Positions 56,701 to 60,980 of a stretch of DNA of 64,000 nucleotides are shown here, piece after piece (the first letter of the stretch is position 1; each line of letters begins with the position of its first letter). A program made the position numbers and the translations under genes. The DNA comes from Candidatus Omnitrophota bacterium (GTDB lineage Bacteria; Omnitrophota; Omnitrophia; Omnitrophales; Aquincolibacteriaceae): NCBI GenBank assembly GCA_903856085.1, contig CAIOAT010000013.1:295430-359429 (forward strand), read 5' to 3'. The notes below the pieces were generated by a model. It ran no database searches. It had not been told where the DNA came from and worked only from the letters and a program-made list of their open reading frames with translations.

Positions 56701-57425
56701 GAAGATTTCTTGAGTGTTTCCAGCCAGCTTTCAAGCGGGACGGTCCCCTCATCGAATGCAGCGTAACGGGTTATGAGTTCGCGAAGCTCAGGGTTCAGCC
56801 GAAGGCTTGCCTCTTTTTGCCACTCAAGATAAACACCTTTCAAAAACAGATCGGAGGCTCCTCGCCCTTCATAAACTTTCCTATAGGATTCACGATCCTT
56901 GGCGTATGCCGCAGCGTTTTCAATACCGTACGCCTCTGCTTGTACAGCGTCTTTCGTACCCCGTACTCCGTACGGCAACTGATCGATCATGAACACTTCT
57001 GCGCCGGTAAGTTCCCCGGCCTGCATGAGTTTTTCGTTCACTGAATGCTGAAGTTGGGCGTTCTTAGGAAAGAATCTGAAAGGTTCGGGCGTAAGTTTAT
57101 TGCCGGCGCCTTCTAAAAGGACAAGCTGGATGCCGTAATTTTTGGATAAATACTGAAGGATATTCTGGATATTCTTCTGGGCATCGTAGTTCGCATGAGC
57201 TTCCTGGATATGAATAAGGAGAGATCCTCCTTCAGAGCTCTTGATGCTGTCCGTGATCTTGCCGAACTCCGCTGGAATTTTAAATGAGTTTTCGGAAAAA
57301 AACTTCGGGAAGTTTTCGACGGTTTGGCCATAGGCGACAGGAGCAGGCGTAAGCGTGTTGGTCACGAAGAAAGTGACAACAATAACGCCCGCAAATAATC
57401 TCTGTAACCGCTTGAGACAGTTCAT
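38739..57425 (-). CDS. Giant 6228-aa multi-enzyme protein: signal peptide + TraB/GumN-like domain + duplicated unknown modules + glycogen synthase + alpha-glucan phosphorylase + UDP-glucose dehydrogenase + degenerate UGDH-like domain + 2H phosphoesterase + cupin, joined by recurrent RSE[VA]R linkers
   Basis: Uninterrupted 18,687-nt ORF with an ATG at 57423-57425. Domain calls rest on motifs read directly in the translation (see sub-features). Antisense ORFs across it are short and carry no motifs. Confidence 0.85.
   Translation of the reverse strand: [6228 protein letters not shown]
39621..39908 (-). other. Cupin domain with a His/Glu metal site (sugar-phosphate isomerase-like), aa ~5840-5935
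   Basis: [25 protein letters not shown] (HxH…E motif 1) and [18 protein letters not shown] (P…H motif 2). Confidence 0.45.
41226..41723 (-). other. 2H phosphoesterase (LigT/ThpR-like) domain, aa ~5235-5400
   Basis: Two H-x-T-x motifs in hydrophobic context ~88 aa apart ([10 protein letters not shown] and [10 protein letters not shown]), the hallmark of the 2H superfamily. Confidence 0.55.
42546..43328 (-). other. Second, degenerate UGDH-like domain lacking the catalytic cysteine, aa ~4700-4960
   Basis: [14 protein letters not shown] aligns to the [13 protein letters not shown] block but with Cys-to-Phe/Asp substitutions, followed by a UGDH C-terminal-like [20 protein letters not shown]. Confidence 0.5.
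43626..44720 (-). other. UDP-glucose/GDP-mannose 6-dehydrogenase domain, aa ~4236-4600
   Basis: [16 protein letters not shown] NAD-binding motif, catalytic [13 protein letters not shown] (Cys present), and C-terminal UDP-binding [18 protein letters not shown]. Confidence 0.75.
46746..48623 (-). other. Alpha-glucan (glycogen/maltodextrin) phosphorylase GT35-like domain, aa ~2935-3560 (may extend further C-terminal)
   Basis: [29 protein letters not shown] resembles the PLP-lysine block EASGTSxMKxxxNG of GT35 phosphorylases. An upstream Gly-rich [10 protein letters not shown] fits the N-terminal glucan phosphorylase region. Confidence 0.5.
48966..50522 (-). other. glgA: Glycogen/starch synthase (GT5, GlgA-like) domain, aa ~2302-2820
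   Basis: N-terminal [24 protein letters not shown] (compare GlgA …E.APF.KTGGL.DVV) and C-terminal [28 protein letters not shown] (GlgA EPCGL motif). Confidence 0.7.
51267..52253 (-). repeat. Internal protein module copy 2 (aa 1725-2053), paralogous to copy 1
   Basis: [45 protein letters not shown]…MYVAPQWM…[38 protein letters not shown]…[12 protein letters not shown]…[11 protein letters not shown]. Collinear with copy 1 at roughly 45-50% identity by eye. Confidence 0.7.
52785..53750 (-). repeat. Internal protein module copy 1 (aa 1226-1547, unknown function)
   Basis: [44 protein letters not shown]…MYVHSRWM…[38 protein letters not shown]…[12 protein letters not shown]…[11 protein letters not shown]. 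Confidence 0.7.
55566..57248 (-). other. N-terminal TraB/GumN/Tiki-superfamily-like domain (paralogous to the 733-aa neighbour)
   Basis: Shared blocks with the 57696..59897 protein: [16 protein letters not shown] / IQIQDVHAHATAQQNI, LLEGAG / [17 protein letters not shown] / VTGGFHTDGL. These resemble the GxxH…E…GxGH pattern of the TraB/GumN family (assignment inferred). Confidence 0.4.
57327..57425 (-). other. Predicted Sec signal peptide / N-terminal membrane anchor of the giant protein
   Basis: [34 protein letters not shown]: basic n-region, hydrophobic core, AxG-type cleavage context. Confidence 0.55.
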
Positions 57426-57625
57426 GAAATGGTCTTTCCCCTTTCAGAATTTGTATGGAGGATTTATAGAAATGTAACACGATTTTCTAAAATTTCAAGG
57501 GGTTGGAAAAGTATTTATCAGACTATGTTTAATGCCTTTTAAAGAAGGACTCCTTCCGAGGCTATTGCTAGTTTATGCTACAACTTGGTCTTGGCAGCAA
57601 TACCGATCTTTAACATCGCAAGGCA

Positions 57626-57654
57626 TTGATTTTACACGGGTTCTGGGCTATATA
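57626..57654 (+). promoter_or_regulatory. Candidate sigma70-like promoter for the 733-aa secreted paralog gene
   Basis: TTGATT (57626-57631), 17-nt spacer, TATATA (57649-57654), ~40 nt upstream of the ATG at 57696, in the divergent intergenic region shared with the giant gene. Confidence 0.3.
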
Positions 57655-57695
57655 TATGGGGTGCGCTCCCAACAGCTATTCAAGCGGAATCCATA

Positions 57696-59897
57696 ATGAA
57701 CAAGGTGCCCGTGAAAAAGCTACTCGCTGTCTTTCTTTTCCTGATCCTTCCGCTTACTTCGGCTCCGGTCGACTTGAGATCTGAAACGTCGGGACCCCAC
57801 TCGGAGGCATCTCTCCCTTTATCCAGCCTGGCGGTCCCTGAAGAGATTGGAAAAGTCCAGGAGCGCTTCGCTGGAAGCGGCTCAAGAATCATCATCCAGA
57901 TCCAGGATGTCCACGCACACGCCACCGCCCAACAAAACATCGCCGCTATGTTGGAGCATCTCCGCTCAGTGTTCGGTGTTCAGACCGTCGCGCTGGAAGG
58001 CGCCTGGGCCGCCACTTCCCTTTCTAAAAGCCATGCTATCCCGACCTCGCGTGAAAAACAGCTTCTCGCCAGAACCCTGCTTGAAGATGACAGAATCTCC
58101 GGGCCGGTTTATGCCGCGATCATGTCCTCGGAGCCGATGACACTTATTGGGATTGAAGATAACGTCCTTTACGAAAAAAACCGCGCTATTTTCCTCACAC
58201 ACCTCGTCAAGAATCGTGAGATCCAGGAAAAACTCCGGGCTTATAGCAAGACCCTTGAAGAATCTCAGCAATCGCTCTGGGGACCGAACCTTTTGACCTT
58301 TGGGAACGCTTTCGGAAAATTCCGCGAGGTTGAAGACCTTGGAAAATTTTTCCCTGTCCTCCTGAAAGCTGACGAAACCCAAAACGCTGAGATCTCGGAT
58401 CTCCCTCAGATCTCGCTCTTAAGAGACATCCTCGCCCTGGAAAAGACCTTTTCGAAGGAGAGACTGGAGCAGGAGGTCAAGCTCGTGATGCGAGAATATA
58501 AGGACACTCCCTTGACCTTGGAAGAATTGATCCGTGGCGGCAAGATCCCGGCTGAAAAAATAGGGTCTTACCCTGAGATCAAAAAACTGACTCATCTCTA
58601 TCAAATGCGCGATCAAATTTCCATTCGGGACTTAACGGCCCAGATCGAGACTTTGACCGGTCGTATCCTCGAAAAACTTCTTAAAACGCCGGAAGAAAAC
58701 GCGTTGTGGAAAAAAACCGAGCGGTTTTATCTCGCCCGGCGCATCCTTCTTTTACAAGCGACTCCCTCGGATATAACGGCCTATGAGAATGAAAAACTTT
58801 TGATCGAGCCCGAACTCGCCGAAGCCGGTCTTTCGGAAAGCCTGTCCTTGTCGCTTGATTTTTATGAGGCGGTCAAAAAACGCGATGAGATCTTCTTCGA
58901 TAAAATCATGAACGATCCGGCGCTGGCCGGCAATGTCGCAGTGGTAACAGGCGGATTCCACACGGATGGCCTTTCGCAAAAATTCCGCGACGCAGGGATT
59001 TCCTACATCACAGTCACGCCAGAACTCAGCAATACTTCTGCGAATGAAAAACTCTATGAAACCAGGATGGCGGATGACGCAGAGAGGATGGCAACAAATT
59101 CAAAGACGTCGCCTGAGATCCAACATCCAACACCCTCGGCTCACAGCGTCACACTATCCGAACTTCGAAACTCTATCGCTTGGGTCGATGACAGGTTCCC
59201 GGAAAGTTTTAAGGTGCTGCTACAAACCAAGGATGTCCGGAAAGCGGTCGCGGCTTTTCTGGGTGAGCCGGTTACGGTATCAAGATCCGCCAGGATTTCT
59301 CAGCTTTCGCGCGAAGGAAGGGTCATCCCGGAGTTAAGAACAGGGACCGCGATCAATGCCTCCGAGTTGCGGATCAGTGAATTTATGGCAAAGCCCCGTT
59401 TGGAACAGCTAAAAATTGTGCGGGGCTGGCAAACGCAAGGACCGGACCGACACGAAAAAGCAATGCTGGTCTCTTCGGTCAGCGTCCTTACGAGAATGCT
59501 TTCGCAGGAAAATGTCGTGAAACTTCTGAAGGAGGCCGTGGCGGGCGGTGATATCGTAGCGTTGGCTCAGGATGTCCCTGCAACACAAATGCCGGAGATC
59601 TTGCTATCCACCCGCGGAGTCGATCGCTTTGAGACGCCGGACATCGCGTCTCTGATCGAAAGAACGCCGCGTTTCGGACGTCTTGCCAAAAAACACCCCT
59701 TCGCGATCATGGAGAACGGACGTCAGGGCGGGGCTTATGTTGTGTTGCCGGAAAAACCAATCTCGCTTGTTCTTTTTCGCATCATCACGCTGAATCCCAG
59801 CCTTTACCAAGCCGCCAAAGATTCGGCGTTCCTAACTCTTCTGGAAGATCTCGTCTCTGAAATCTTGGCGCGGGAACTTCCACAGAAATCCGTTTAA
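57696..59897 (+). CDS. Secreted TraB/GumN-like protein, stand-alone paralog of the giant protein N-terminal domain
   Basis: 733 aa. Signal peptide MNKVPVKKLLAVFLFLILPLTSAP, then blocks collinear with giant-protein residues ~60-620 (QIQDVHAHA…LEGAWA…GGFHTDG). Confidence 0.75.
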   Translation: MNKVPVKKLLAVFLFLILPLTSAPVDLRSETSGPHSEASLPLSSLAVPEEIGKVQERFAGSGSRIIIQIQDVHAHATAQQNIAAMLEHLRSVFGVQTVALEGAWAATSLSKSHAIPTSREKQLLARTLLEDDRISGPVYAAIMSSEPMTLIGIEDNVLYEKNRAIFLTHLVKNREIQEKLRAYSKTLEESQQSLWGPNLLTFGNAFGKFREVEDLGKFFPVLLKADETQNAEISDLPQISLLRDILALEKTFSKERLEQEVKLVMREYKDTPLTLEELIRGGKIPAEKIGSYPEIKKLTHLYQMRDQISIRDLTAQIETLTGRILEKLLKTPEENALWKKTERFYLARRILLLQATPSDITAYENEKLLIEPELAEAGLSESLSLSLDFYEAVKKRDEIFFDKIMNDPALAGNVAVVTGGFHTDGLSQKFRDAGISYITVTPELSNTSANEKLYETRMADDAERMATNSKTSPEIQHPTPSAHSVTLSELRNSIAWVDDRFPESFKVLLQTKDVRKAVAAFLGEPVTVSRSARISQLSREGRVIPELRTGTAINASELRISEFMAKPRLEQLKIVRGWQTQGPDRHEKAMLVSSVSVLTRMLSQENVVKLLKEAVAGGDIVALAQDVPATQMPEILLSTRGVDRFETPDIASLIERTPRFGRLAKKHPFAIMENGRQGGAYVVLPEKPISLVLFRIITLNPSLYQAAKDSAFLTLLEDLVSEILARELPQKSV

Positions 59898-59902
59898 TAC
59901 TT

Positions 59903-59925
59903 CGGGGAACGGTTAACGGGGAACG
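59903..59925 (+). repeat. Two direct copies of CGGGGAACG downstream of the 733-aa gene
   Basis: cGGGGAACGgttaaCGGGGAACGcgg, immediately after the stop at 59895-59897. The same 9-mer is at 36629-36637 and inverted at 37111-37119. Confidence 0.6.
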
Positions 59926-59989
59926 CGGATTCAAGAGATTTTCCATCGCCTGTTTCGTATTTCCCGTTTTCAGGGGAAAAAGCAGTGGC

Positions 59990-60430
59990 CTATTTTTTTT
60001 CCGCGAGATCTTTCCAATTCGCGAGCGTATTCTCAAAACTCTGGTCGAGAATAGCCCGCACTTTCTGTTCTCCGAGGATCATCCCCGCGATCCCAAGATC
60101 CCAGCGAAATTCTGCGGCAATTTCAACTCCGGCAGGTTTTGTTTCAAAAACAAGTGCTCGCGTCATAGAGCCGTTCATGGGAAGCGTGCTTTGAATAACC
60201 GCTTTCCTCATAGGCTCCCAAACGGTCATTGTGTGCTCTACCTCAATATGCTGGCGGTCCAAGACACAACTTTCACGCCAGCGCATTCCACCCCCTTCGC
60301 GCACTGCTCCTGTTCGCTCACTTTCTTTGACGCCATCCACCCATTCAGGCGTACGCGTCACATCAGCGAGCAGATTCCAAATCCGCTCGAGTGGGGCCTT
60401 TATTAAAATATTTTTTGTGAGTAGATTCAT
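59990..60430 (-). CDS. SRPBCC (Bet v1-like/polyketide cyclase) family protein
   Basis: 146 aa. N-terminal IKAPLERIWNLLADVTRTPEW pattern typical of SRPBCC ligand-binding proteins. Confidence 0.55.
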   Translation of the reverse strand: MNLLTKNILIKAPLERIWNLLADVTRTPEWVDGVKESERTGAVREGGGMRWRESCVLDRQHIEVEHTMTVWEPMRKAVIQSTLPMNGSMTRALVFETKPAGVEIAAEFRWDLGIAGMILGEQKVRAILDQSFENTLANWKDLAEKK

Positions 60431-60440
60431 TAAAATTGAT

Positions 60441-60980
60441 TCAGGCGTCTAGAGATGAACGGTTTTGTTTTTGAAAAAATTTCAAAGTGCGACTGCTCAT
60501 CAAAAGAAAGCTGCCTCCAATGTAAGCGCTTAAAACATATACAATCACCTTCGGCAATCTCTGACTCCCGTTTCTATTGCATTCAAAAACCATTTGCATG
60601 ACCACTAGAAGCAGCAATTGCGTCAGATTGCCCAGCCAAAGCATCGAGTTGTTGATATGTTGGAGGATGTCACGTTTTTTAAAAAGATCAATCCTTTCAC
60701 CTTTCTGCCGCAACCTGATAAAAACTTCAGGTAATTGACCCAACGCTGGGATTAGGATTAGAAATGCGAAGCCGAGGATAGCAATGAGGATCGCGTAAAA
60801 AATAAAAAACTGACTTTTTGGCATCCACCCGTTCGCCTCCCCCGAAATTCCGAAATGCGCCGCCATGGTAGACGGTAATGCGAAATAATAAAATAATCCC
60901 TGGATCCCCATCAAAAGGATCATACCGAGAAAGATGTTCCGTGCTTTGTTCACTGTCGCCCTCCCTAAAGCCACGTTCAA
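60441..60980 (-). CDS. DUF1648/SdpI-like membrane protein
   Basis: 179 aa, 4 predicted TM helices. 4-nt overlap with xth. Confidence 0.4.
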   Translation of the reverse strand: MNVALGRATVNKARNIFLGMILLMGIQGLFYYFALPSTMAAHFGISGEANGWMPKSQFFIFYAILIAILGFAFLILIPALGQLPEVFIRLRQKGERIDLFKKRDILQHINNSMLWLGNLTQLLLLVVMQMVFECNRNGSQRLPKVIVYVLSAYIGGSFLLMSSRTLKFFQKQNRSSLDA

